Of a stretch of DNA of 64,000 bases, positions 48,187 through 60,077 are shown piece after piece. The position numbers were made by a program, and so were the translations under genes. The first letter of the stretch is position 1; each line of letters starts with the position of its first letter. Source of the DNA: Hormiphora californensis (Eukaryota; Animalia; Ctenophora); assembly GCA_020137815.1 (NCBI GenBank), contig CM035353.1:4340001-4404000 (forward strand). The letters are read 5' to 3'. The notes below the pieces were generated by a model. The model was not told the DNA's origin and did no database searches. It was given only the letters and a program-made list of their open reading frames with translations.

Positions 48187-48610
48187 CTTGATAAGAGGGC
48201 TCCATCTCTACTGAGTCACGCATATTCCCCCTCCATAGCTCTGCTATGGTGCTCAGTATAATATCTCTACCCAGGGATAGAATATCAAACACAGGATTGC
48301 GGGTAATAAAGAAATAGATAATCACTACAATATGTTCCATACCCTGTTATATATTCTCACTACAATTATGGCACTACTATATATTATGTAATAAGAGTGC
48401 ACTGGTATAATATCTAGTTGGATTCTATAAAGTATATCAACGCAAGCTTGATGAGAGCAGAACCGAAGAGCATGGCCAGACGATAGCTCTGAGGTAGGCT
48501 GGGTGAGTAGGGCTGCATCAGGGGTGGGTCTCCAACAAACGACAAATGGCAGTACCCACAGCTCTGGCTTATATAGTCCCCTGAGAAGGCAAAATACGCG
48601 AGACGCTAGC
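48187..48610 (-). mobile_element. PBS (48187-48204) and 3' part of the 5' LTR (48207-48610)
   Basis: Nearly identical to 56428-56822; TATATAA at about 48570; truncated at 48610. Confidence 0.7.
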
Positions 48611-48978
48611 CGTCGGAAAAGGAAAACAACAACGGATACCGAGGAAGAAACTTTAACCCTCCCCAGAGAAACAACAACTATCAAGGGAGGAACTATGGGA
48701 ACAACTTCAATAATAACAACAATTGGAGGCAAGACAACAACAATTGGCGACAAGACCAGAGCAGATACCAGCAGGGCCAACAAAACTATACGTGGCGACC
48801 GACTAACAACACAAACCAGAATAAACAACGCCAACCCATCAACATGATGCAACAACAGATCACAGCGCCTATGGCACAACTAGCCATGAAGACAAGCCAG
48901 GCAGCAGCGGATTCAACGAGCAGGAGAGGATCGATCATACAACATGGCACTGGGGGAGAACATCTTCAATGACCAAGC

Positions 48979-49012
48979 TTTAAACTAATCATGCCTCGCC
49001 ACAGACCGGGGC
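48979..49012 (+). promoter_or_regulatory. -1 programmed ribosomal frameshift signal
   Basis: T TTA AAC before the gag TAA, short spacer, stem gcctcg/cggggc. Confidence 0.75.
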
Positions 49013-51226
49013 TACCACTAATAGCTACACAGCGCGACACCGAAATTTATTCGCGCATTCTAACAGTTGGTAATAAACACACCAACTCACTTTTCGCAGC
49101 AGGAAAAATTAATGGCTATGAAATAAAATTGTTAATTGATAGCGGTGCAGTCCTGAACTGCATGTCTAAATCAATGCTCGAACAATTAAAAATCCCAAAA
49201 AGCTTAGAACAGACAAACTACAACTTATCGGAGCACGGGTCACAACTTAAGAGTGTTGGGATCTATTAGGAATACAATCATTCATCTAGGGAGCCTAAAA
49301 TTCACGCTTGACTTCATCATCATTGACGAGATCATAGCACCACTAGTCCTAGGCTCAAATTTCCTCATAGGTAATGCGTTAGTGGTGACCTAGAGTGCGG
49401 TTCTCAGAAAAGGGAATCAACAAGTCCCGATTCTGGTTCATAAAGCTAGAGACACTGCAATACTCGTTAGAACACGAGAGGACACCACGTCCCTGTAGGA
49501 CAACAGGCTATAGTCACATGTGTAGGGCAAAACACAAATGCACTTAATAGCACCATAACCAATGGTACGTATCGTACACTCTAGCACATTATTCTGGCCT
49601 AAAACAGAAAATGATCCACCGTCTTGCTTAGTAGATATAGTACAATCTAAAATACCCATGCGCTGGAAAATACTGATGCAGAAGCGAGAGTATTTCTTTC
49701 CAGCAGGCACAATTTTTGGTTATCTCACACCGGTAGAAAAAGCAATTAAGAATATAAGTGAGGTTATGTCACGACTAGAAAACTAAGTAAAGTCATTCAA
49801 GAGCTGAAGATTGACAGCAATGAATACCTGAGCAACGAGAATAAACGAGACTTAAGACTTAGTTAGCGAGGATATATAGACATTTTTCATCTCATAAATA
49901 TGATATCGGGCTCACAAATGTACATTGACTAGAGGCTGAATTAAATTTGAAGGATGATACCCCAGTGGCACTACCACCTAGACGCGTTCCTATACATCTC
50001 TTACCACAAGTTCGTAAAGAGATACAAGCCCTTTTAGAAATTGGGGTCATACAACCATCACAATCGGCTTATAGTGCACCAACAGTGATAGTGAAGAAAA
50101 AAGGGTCTGAGACGTGCGAATGTGCACTGATTACAGACAGTTGAATGCTAAGACTGAGTCATTCACATCTAGTATACCACCGTAGACGTAGTTGTCGCTC
50201 ATGTAGGGGAAAGGAATTCTATTCATCCTTGATCTCACAAAAGGTTACATGTCTTTACGGATTAAGGAATCCGACAAACATAAGAATGCATGGAAAGTAC
50301 CAGGAGTAGGTCATTTGAGCAAAATCGTTGGCTTTGGACTTAAAAATGCACCCAGCTGCTTCTGCCAGGCTCACTATGATTTTTAAATAGCTTCCAAACA
50401 ATATCCAAGTGTATTGGACGATATACTTATTGGAACGAATTCGATAGATCAAATGCTCACTAATCTCAACAGGTGTTTGAATGCACTAGGCAAGGGGGAT
50501 TGAAAATATCACCCCACACGTGCTCCTTGTTAGTAAGAAAGTTAAATTTTTAGGCGCATGGCTTAGCAAAGAAGGCTACGAAGCAGATAGAGAAAAGAAA
50601 AGCGGTCAGAGAAACTCCATTCCCTAACACCAAGAAGAAGCTAATGAGCTTTTTAGGGATGATAAATTGGTTCAGAAATTTACTAAAAAATTGTGCAGCT
50701 GAAATAAACCGCTTACCGACCTACTAACTGGGTCAAATTACAACATAAAACCAACACCCGAGGCCCAACAAGCTTTTGAAATGATAAAGACAAACTCACA
50801 AGTGTCCCTGTTCTTGTTATGGCTGATGTCAAGAAGAAATTTATTTGTGGTGTGATGCGAGCTTCAAGGATTAGGATGTGCACTAACTCACAAATTTATT
50901 GATCAAAATGGCAATGATTACTTTAGACCCCATACGGAAGTAGAACACTCACACCAGCCGAACAGAAATGGCCGGTCGTTTAAACTGGAGATGGAGAGCG
51001 GTGCTTTGGGCCATAGAAAGTATGATCATACTATACGGGGCTCAAGAACCGTTCGTAGTTTGACTGATATGAAATCACTCACACAATCGGCTATTTAAAT
51101 AAAGCAACATGTAGATACTCTTTCTTGGGCCATCAAATTATCCTAACACATACACCTGGAAAGATAACCAATTAGCCGATTTCTTGTCTAGAAACCTACC
51201 CCAAAGTCAGGCGACCTTTGGAACTA

Positions 51227-51397
51227 CAGTCGGACCCCGATTTAACGGCAACCCTCGGGGGAAAGGATTTTGTCCGTTAAATGGGGTGTCCGCTAAATCG
51301 GGGTCAAATATGTTAATTTCCCATATATCGGGGGAAGATTATGCTGCCGTTAATCGGGGTGCCGCTAAATCGGGGGCCGTTAAATCGGGGTCAACTG
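51227..51397. mobile_element. 171-bp Tc1/pogo-type MITE, TA TSD
   Basis: cagtcggaccccgatttaacggc...gccgttaaatcggggtcaactg. Confidence 0.88.
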
Positions 51398-54276
51398 TAT
51401 TGGGAAGACAAAATCAAGAAACAAGAAGAATCTCCAAAACGGTCATCAATCTTATCAAAGACGCTATAAACCTTAAAACCAGTGAAGAACCGATTACCCC
51501 ATTAGAAGAAATTATCACTTTCAACCAGAATAGGGATACTAAAGAGATGGGTACTTTTGAACAGCCAATAGCTCTAGAATTTCAAGATCATGAACCACTA
51601 TATCAAGCGCAAAAAACGACGAAATTCTAGCTGAAGTCAGGTCATGGCTAATTCAGAAAGAACGGCCAAAACAAACTCGACTCAAATTTTTCCAAAGAAT
51701 TGAAAGTTTACTACAATAAATTTGATCGACTCGCTAACCAATCAAGGCATAGTTGCTTTGAAATACATGACTGAGTCCACTGGAAAATTTCGCTGTCTTC
51801 TTTGTACTCCCGAGGCACTGAAACAAAGCATATTAGAATTAAAACATTAGAAAGCTAGTCATCAGGTATTGTAAAAACCAAACGGTCAATTATGATGAAA
51901 TTCTGGTGGCCGGGTATGACTGAACAGATCACGCTCCATGTTAAATCTTGTGAAGAGTTTTTTTCCATAATAAAGGGTTTCATAAAAAACCTAAAATGGT
52001 AATGAAACTATATGAACAGCGAAATGTACCCAATTATCGCTGTTACATTGACAGTATGGGCCAATAACGAGAAATTCGGGTGCCAAAAAGCACATTTTTC
52101 TATGTACTTGTGCTTTCACTAAGTACGTAACGGTGCCGTTGTTAGCGATATCAAAGCACCCACGTTAGCAAAAGCTTTTCTGAACACGACATATTACCTT
52201 TTGGCGTACCAGAAAAGGTCCTTAGTGATCAAGGATATCAATGACGGGGCAGATTTATCCAAAATTTTTACAGTCTGATGGGAATAACGAAGATTCGAAC
52301 GACACCATATCACCCAGCCACTAACCTAGTGGAAAGGGTAAATAAAAGTCTAAAAGCTATAATCTCAAAATTAACGCACAATAACCCTGACCAATGGGAA
52401 AAATATCTACATAGCTATCTCGTCCTACCATGGGACAATACACCAGGCAACAGGGTACACACCAAATTACTTTTTTTGGTAGAGAGTTGAGAGCACCCAA
52501 CGACCTGATTATGAGACACCTCCACACAATTTTATAGGGATGAATCACATTATGCCCACGATTTGTATTGGAAAATGAGAGGGGTTACGGCCTAGAAAAA
52601 CAAGAATTATTGCATTATGTATTCATAATGCTGTGTTTCCCTGCCCTACCGTTTCACATGTCAGTGACATTGTCACTGCCAACAGGATCAAGGCTTGGCT
52701 CATAAGTAATGTGAGATGCATACGATCTAGCTGTCAGTATACTTCTCACATAGCTTAGAGTTAGCTAACTCCAATAACCTGACACTTGCTAACCAGCTTT
52801 TGACATTCCAACTTAACTACTTATCTAACATCTCACACTCGACTCGCAAGATGAAAATGGTATGTAACACGCGAAACGCGCGGCAGAGCATTCATGTTTT
52901 GTTGAGTGGCACGCGCACACAGTCCATCAAACTGTGTCAATGAGTTGTTTGATGAAGGAGTAGCTCGTCACTGTGCGCGCGGCTCTAGTTGCTACACCGT
53001 TGCCCTCGCAACGAAAGTGTGACCAAAAAATGTCCCTCTACCGATTAGTTAGTATACCAAAATGTCGTTTTTCGAATTCTAACCCTGCTATGCCTTTTTA
53101 CAAAGTAAAAAGGCATCCGGGTGAATGCCTTCGGCATTCACCCGGGCAGGGAAAAAATGCCTGAAAACCCAACAAATCCAAGCTAAAAACTTTATGACCG
53201 ATCAGACAAAAATCACAAAGTATAAAGTTGGTGATATGTTGCCATACTGGCACCCTTAGCCCCTAAAGAAATTTCAAATAATAAATTCAAGTCAAGATTT
53301 AAAGTGCTATATCGAATAGAAAAAGTTTATATCCGACCATAATTACCTCATAAAACATGTGGAAACGGGAAAACAGAAAGTTGTTCATCACGATTTAATG
53401 AGATACGTCCCTGAAACACTAGCAAATAAACTCACTGTTCATGAAATTTGGGAAGATCCCGAAGATCAACCCATCTTGCCATACTCAGACAGCGACGACG
53501 AACCAGTAATAAGGGATAAAGGACCGACAGTAAAAAAGAAATCACTCAGACCAAACCAACACAAGAAACAACAGAACGAACAACGGACAAACAGATTGTA
53601 ACACAAAATACGGAACCCTTCCAGCCCTTCCTGAGAAGGTCGAACAGATTGATGAAAATACCCGCATACCTAAATGATTATGACACAACCGGACCAAAGT
53701 AAAACACATATACTTTTAGGGATGCTGAGCGCAAACCATATTTTGTAGATACATTTGGTTATAGTAACATAATTCTTGTATATTTACATATTTACATTGA
53801 CATTCTAGACCAGTTCAATTCTAGATACATGTGCCTCAGCTGGTAGCAAAAGGTTTAGCCACTAAAATTTAATAAAGATAAACATTGAGGCGGTGCTGTT
53901 AAAGTTAAATAAAAACATCTTAATTGTTCCGTAAGAGAGCGTACCTACCTGCAATCGAATGTCTGTAAAGCCATATAAGTATGCGAGTGTTAGAAAAGTT
54001 GAGGTCATGCTGAGAAAGTTGACGACTGCGATCGATATGAGCATGTACATAAACCGCTTTGGGCCACCACCATCTACAATAAAGGGAATCGACACCAAAA
54101 TGGACAGGTTTCAGGGTGCAGGGCCAACCAATACTGACCAAGTATGTCAGTGAAGCGGGGGCATAGAGAATAGAAAGTACCGTTCCAAGAAGGGTGTAGT
54201 TAAATGGTAGGTAAGTGAAGGCATCGGATTTGGATGAATCGAGAGAGAGAAAATGGCTGTAATCTAATTGGAGCGT

Positions 54277-54963
54277 GAGGAAGTTTTGTTTTCTCCTTCC
54301 GGCTGGACAAATGAGTAGACGTAGATTATTGTAGAATAACGCAGTGCACTATAAAAAGTTTCATAATAAGACAGTACCCGATTTGATTTTTGAGATTATA
54401 CAACAGAGTCACGTATCTTATATAGAAAGATTATAGAAGCATATTATATTAACAGAGAGAAGCCTACTATTAATTTAAAAGAAGAGTTGACTGATCTATC
54501 TAGTTCCTTATTCTAATATTATCCGTTTTTAGTATTTTCTAACGGCCATATTGGTCATTGAGTATTTTTAGCTAGATATCTTTTGAGCAGTCGCGTGATT
54601 CCTATCTTATTTCACTATCTGATCTTATTTTTTACTATTTAAACCCCGTTTATTTCCTAGTCTTTACTTTTTGTTTTATTTTTTCCAGTCCCGCGTGTAG
54701 TTTTTCAACCTTTTACTATTTCACTAAATTAGCTTAGCTTTAGAATTTCCAGTAATTTTTATTTTACGATTGGTATGTGTACAGTTTTTTCTAACATGTG
54801 TATTCCGTTTATTATAGCCTGAAGATGGTGCTGTGCGCCGAAATTGATAGCGTTATTCTACAATAAAATCTACGTCTACTCATTTGTCCAGCCGGAAGAG
54901 AAAAACAAAACTTCCTCACTGATATGCGGCTAATAAACAATCAACCGATCCTTATTCTCTCCA
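54277..54963 (+). mobile_element. 5'-truncated Penelope-like element with inverted pLTR segment, 12-bp TSD
   Basis: GIY-YIG-type tail RKIIEAL.INREKPTIN; 54276-54342 inverted relative to 54850-54919; taattggagcgt at 54265 and 54964. Confidence 0.8.
54810..54870 (+). ncRNA. Minimal hammerhead ribozyme
   Basis: CUGAAGA-stem II (uggugc/gcgccg)-GAAA-stem III (uug(a)uag/cuacaa)-UA, inside the pLTR. Confidence 0.7.
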
Positions 54964-55479
54964 TAATTGGAGCGTACTGCAGAGTTATAAGACCGCAACT
55001 GATACTGACAAATCAAAATAGCCGCCCTACTGAGCCACTGTAGAATATATAGTAATCCTCGCATATCACATCCGAAATATTATGAGTTAACCAGTCCCCC
55101 AAATCACAGGTCCTTATCACTCCAAAGTTTTGAACAGTGTCACCAGGCTGAGAGCCGGGCTGAACAGAAGATCCGAGCATGCAAGGATTATGTAGAGACA
55201 TTGAAAATTGAATGTTTCTTGTAGTAGCTCACCAGATTCCGAGATTCTCCGAGATCACACCTGAAAGATAGAATATGAGAAACTCACACAACTCAGGACC
55301 ACCATAGAAGTATAAAGCAACAAAATTTGCATCAGCATCAGCAATAGCATAATTTGGAACTCACCACACACACACACACGTATCCAGCCTAAGGGATATT
55401 GTGGGTCAATAATAATATAGATTTCCTAATAGAGAAAATTATCACGTACAATTAAATCAGGCCACAATGTATATGTAGA

Positions 55480-55660
55480 AAATTTACCTACTGACAGCCG
55501 GGGCAGCCGGGGCACTCCGGCAGTCCCGTCCCCCAATGGTACCGGGGGTTTCTGGCACTGCCTAGCACGGCACACCAGGACTTCGGATCTACACAGAACC
55601 CTAGTGCATCCGGACCATGCACCACTACAAATCCCGCCAGGTCGCACATACAGTACAATA
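55480..55660 (-). pseudogene. Cys/His family C-terminal fragment
   Basis: LYCMCDLAGFVVV..EVLVCRARQC..PRLSRL; 3' UTR shared with 29700-29730. Confidence 0.8.
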
Positions 55661-56427
55661 TCAGGAGAGAAGATAGAGATAGATCCCCTCACCAAGTCCA
55701 CCATCTTATGGTACCGTTCAAGGTCGGGCACAACGTATTAAATCCAGCTTTACTCGGGAGTGCAACTTACTCCAACATTCACTGTATCTGGTTTTTCTTC
55801 GGTCTGAAATGGGATTAATATTAAGTTGAGATAATACTCACTACTTTCTATCTATTTTAATCAGTACCATCTTACCCCATTATTTCTCAATTTTCTAATA
55901 ATTATTACCCATGGTAAAATCCGTTCGAACGTATTTGCAGCTCATCAGTGGTGAAACTGACAGACTGTATTTTCCCGTCTTCTTCCCAATTCAGGACTGT
56001 TTCAGACATGTTCTCTATTAAATAATGTAGTTAAGTCCCATTATTATTACATGTTGAGTGCACGTGCAATAACTATTTTCCCCGTTAGGAACAACAAACA
56101 TCATTTATTTTCTTAATTAAAGATTTATTTTTAATAAATTCAGATATCTCCAAATTAAAACCAAAACACCCCCACCCAAAACAAACAACCCCACACAAAA
56201 TCCACACACAATCTCCAGAAAGTAATATCTGACAGAATATAGTCAGACAATCACAGATAACATATTCATAATGTTATACATAGTTTTACTTTTTTGCACT
56301 GGAAAAGCTTCCGCCCGGGTCCAACTTGGCGGAGTACCGTTATTCTCACTATCTTATTCTTATCTCCAAATTCTATGCGTAGTTTGGACTCAGTGTGTAT
56401 GCTAACTTGGTCCATTGCTAGGGGGGG

Positions 56428-57356
56428 TCTACTGAGTCACGCATATTCCCCCTCCATAGCTCCGCTATGGTGTCAGTATAATATCTCTACCCAGGGATAG
56501 AATATCAAACACAGGATTGCGGGTAATAAAGAAATAGATAATCACTACAATATGTTCATACCCTGTTATATATTCTCACTACAATTATGGCACTACTATA
56601 TATTATGTAATAAGAGCACTGTTATAATATCTAGTGGATTCTATAAAGTATATCAACGCAAGCTTGATGAGAGCAGAACCGAAGAGCATGGCCAGACGAT
56701 AGCTCTGAGGTAGGCTGGGTGAGTAGGGCTGCATCAGGGGTGGGTCTCCAACAAACGACAAATGGCATAACACGCTCTGGCTTATATAGTCCCCTGAGAA
56801 GGCAAAATACGCGAGACGCTAGGCGTCTCACAATCGGTCCAAGCCGTCTATCTCTTCCCCTAGAGACAAGTGTGCGCAATAATCGGCTCTCCCTCTCTGT
56901 GATGATAGACATACGAGGCGCTGATCCGCTATAAGGTTTCTCCCTCTCTGCTACCAGTCATGAGGTAAACAAGCAGAGACAAGTGTGCGCACAGCAGAGA
57001 CAGAGTGTCCATACAGCTCTCCTCTTCGCTGTGGTTAGGGAAGGATCTATTAGATCTCTCTTTTCTCTCCAACGGTTAGAGAGTCTGACTTCAGGCTGGT
57101 GAGAGTCTCGTCATGATATGCACGCGGGATACCGCGTACACTCCCACCCGTAATTCTGGAGGTAGCCGTCCGCGTTTGAGCTTTGAAATCGGCCGAAGGT
57201 CGAGTAGTCTGGTCGAGTAGTCGGGTCGAGTGGTCTGGTTCACTCCACCCGTAATTCTGGAGATGGCCGTCTGCGTTTGAGTCTTTGAAAAAAGGTCGAG
57301 TAGTAGTCTAACTACTCCGTTTTGCCGCGGTTTGTCGCGCTACACCCCCCCTCCTC
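56428..57356 (-). mobile_element. PPT (57345-57356) and 3' LTR (57344 to 56428, TG...GA)
   Basis: gaggagggggg|TGTAGCG; homology with the other LTR copies ends exactly at AGTAGA 56428 with no PBS after it; possible junction at 57139. Confidence 0.65.
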
Positions 57357-57515
57357 ACGAAAGCCAAGCCAAGCCCCCCCTACACGCTCCTTCCATTACT
57401 CCAATACTAATTAATTCACTTTTTACTTATCTCTTTTTATATTTCTAATATTTTTAACATAGTCTATAGCTTTTCATATTCATTTTAACTTCTATAATTC
57501 ACATATTGTCTTCTA

Positions 57516-58267
57516 ACGGGTGACAACTAAAAATTGTTACTAATTTAAAACAGCTGTAGAATTTTTCCCTTTTGAGATACAGCTTCGGGCCAGTGATAGA
57601 ACGATTTTTCAGACAATTTTGAATCAGAAAAACATAACGGCGATGACTAAAACGTTCATTCTCATAGCGATATCGGATCATTTCCTCTTGCCCACCAAAG
57701 TATATAGTCCATGAAATCTACACGTTTTTCTAGCACCTCTAGCGCCTGTTCTAGTCGAAAATACAGCTTCGGGCCAGTGATAGAATGATTTTTCAGACAA
57801 TTTTGAACGAAATTAACTTTGCTTCAAACTTCATAAATCTCAATTCCTGATCAGAATCTTCTGTAACAAAGCGTAGTTTACAGGTAATTTGAGAAATCGC
57901 CATTTCGACATCTCTCGAAACATAATGACCGTGGAACCCAACTTCCTAATCAGCCAAAATCTTCAAACTTGGCAGTTATGTTGGTTATGGCATGAACAAC
58001 CAGACTTCCAATTATGAGAATTCTATCTCATGGGAAGGTCATTTCTGATAACATAGAAATTTTCAAATCTCCGTACTATATGCTTTGGTGGGGCAAGAGG
58101 AAATGATCCGATATCGCTATGAGAATGAACGTTTTAGTCATCGCCGTTATGTTATCATGATTCAAAATTGTCCGAAAAATCGTTCTATCACTGGCCCGAA
58201 GCTGTATCTCAAAAAGGAAAAATTCTACAGCTGTTTTAAATAGTAACAATTTTTAGTTGTCACCCGT
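57516..58267. mobile_element. Tc1/mariner-type MITE, same family as 31983-32738
   Basis: Same TIR, TA TSD, inverted orientation. Confidence 0.9.
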
Positions 58268-58269
58268 TA

Positions 58270-58622
58270 AAACCCGTGATTGATCCTTCAGCCCTAAGGG
58301 GGCGAGTGAAAGGGGGAAAGGTCTTCAACTCCGGGTTTAACATCACATCTCCTGATCTTTTGATCATTCTGCAAAAGGAATGCCTCACTGTGAAAACCCG
58401 GAAAACCAGAGGAAACACGTACCACGCGCTTTGGGCGCCGTCAATGTTAGTTATCTCCGTGAAGTCCGGGTATATTTTCCAGGAGTTGCTTTCTTCCCAG
58501 GAGTTGATCCCTTCGTCAACTTTTCCGGATAATTCCTCTATCGTGATCGGGGCGTTGTTTCCCAACTGTATCTTCGTCTTGGGCACTCGGCGCACCCTGT
58601 ATTCGTGCAAAACTCCTGCCAT
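58270..58622 (-). CDS. Accessory ORF between pol and PPT, truncated by the MITE
   Basis: ATG ORF with TATA-like ctatataga about 90 bp upstream; homolog at 21375-21525. Confidence 0.65.
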
Positions 58623-60077
58623 TTGATTATGTATATAGACAACAACAACAAAACTTCGTATAAGAGGTGTAACTGTCTGCCTGAACGCTAACTGTCTGCC
58701 TCCCTCTCCATCTATATAGCTCTTTCTCTCTATACATTTTTTTTTCTCTCTCTAATAGTTCTTTCTCTCTCCCTTATATATAATTTTTCTCCCTCTCTCT
58801 AATAGTTCTTTATCTCTCTCACTCTGTCTCTCATTCTATATAGTTCTCTCTCTTTTTCTCTCTTCCTCTCCCTCCTCTCAACTGCTCATATCTTTATCCT
58901 ATAATATTTTATCTCTCCTTCTATGATCACATCTCATTTTCCACCGTTATATTCATTCTCCCCTTTTTCTATATTGTTTCTCTATTATTAACCTACTTTT
59001 TAACGTTTTGATATTATTTTATAGGATGTATTCCTGTTACAAACTCCACTTTAGAGACTGAGGTTCTATGTTCCCTGTAAGTCATTATATCCCTACTATC
59101 TCCTCTCTTCTCTTTTCTCTCTCTCTCTCTCTCTCTTCTCTCTCCTCTATTCTCTTCAATCTTTTTCTTGGTGCGTTTATCTCGCTCTGTTATTTTTCTT
59201 CCTCAGCATGCAGTGTTTTGTGGGGGCTCTCTCAGGGTGTGGGTTTTGTTCGCCCGAGGACCCCGGAGCTCCCTTTGTTACACCTCGGGTGTAATAGCCC
59301 GTAAGTTATTGTTATCTTAGTGTGCTTTCCATTAGTTTCCCCTCTTTCCATTATTCCTCCTTATATAGACCGTTCTCAGGATTTCTCCTACCACGGCTCC
59401 TCCCGGTTCCCCATCTACCCGGCCCCATTGGATCCCCTGGTATGTGGTTCCCCTGATGTGGCTGGGGTGTTGTGGCAGGCCTTGTGGGCGGCTACTGTTG
59501 CGGCAGGAGGGACCGACCTGCCCTACCCGCCCCCCAATGTTTCACCCCAACCCTGTGCTAATGCAGAAACTCTAGAAACTATTATTTAAAAATTCTTTTG
59601 TTTGATTTGTTTTGGTTAACTCTATGCGTTTGTTTCACTGTGTGTGTATTCAATACTCAACCTTATTCTGCTGCTCTGTCATATATCCCCCATGGCAGGG
59701 GGAAGGCCGCTTTGTGTTTTCCATGAGAAGATCCATCATATGTCCCACGACCATTCATTCAGGCCCCAAGTCTTATAACTCCACTCTCCCGCATGTGAAC
59801 CATATGTCAGCCTTAGTTAATACGTTGTTATATTGCCCTTCATGCTCCCCAATCATTGTCTGTATTTTTAAATATATGTTCCGTCTTAGTAATTCCCTCT
59901 ATCCCAGTCAAACAGCAAGGCTTTTTCGATAAAATTATAGTTATACTGATATTACAATTAACACATTCTCCTACAGTTTACACGCACTCTCAGCATTTAT
60001 TATTATATTATATTGTATTAGCTACTAGGTAAATAATATTTCATCAGTAAGCAATATTTCAGCGGCAATTAGTAGGC

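Larger units (their letters stand above)
48611..53700 (+). mobile_element. Second Gypsy family: gag tail, protease, RT, RNase H, integrase (many indels)
   Basis: LLIDSGA, AYSAPTVIVKKK, LDLTKGY, FGLKNAP, YLDDILI, CDAS, FWWPGM..HVKSC, SDQG, RTTPYHPATN; insertions at 51227-51397 and about 52590-53162. Confidence 0.92.
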
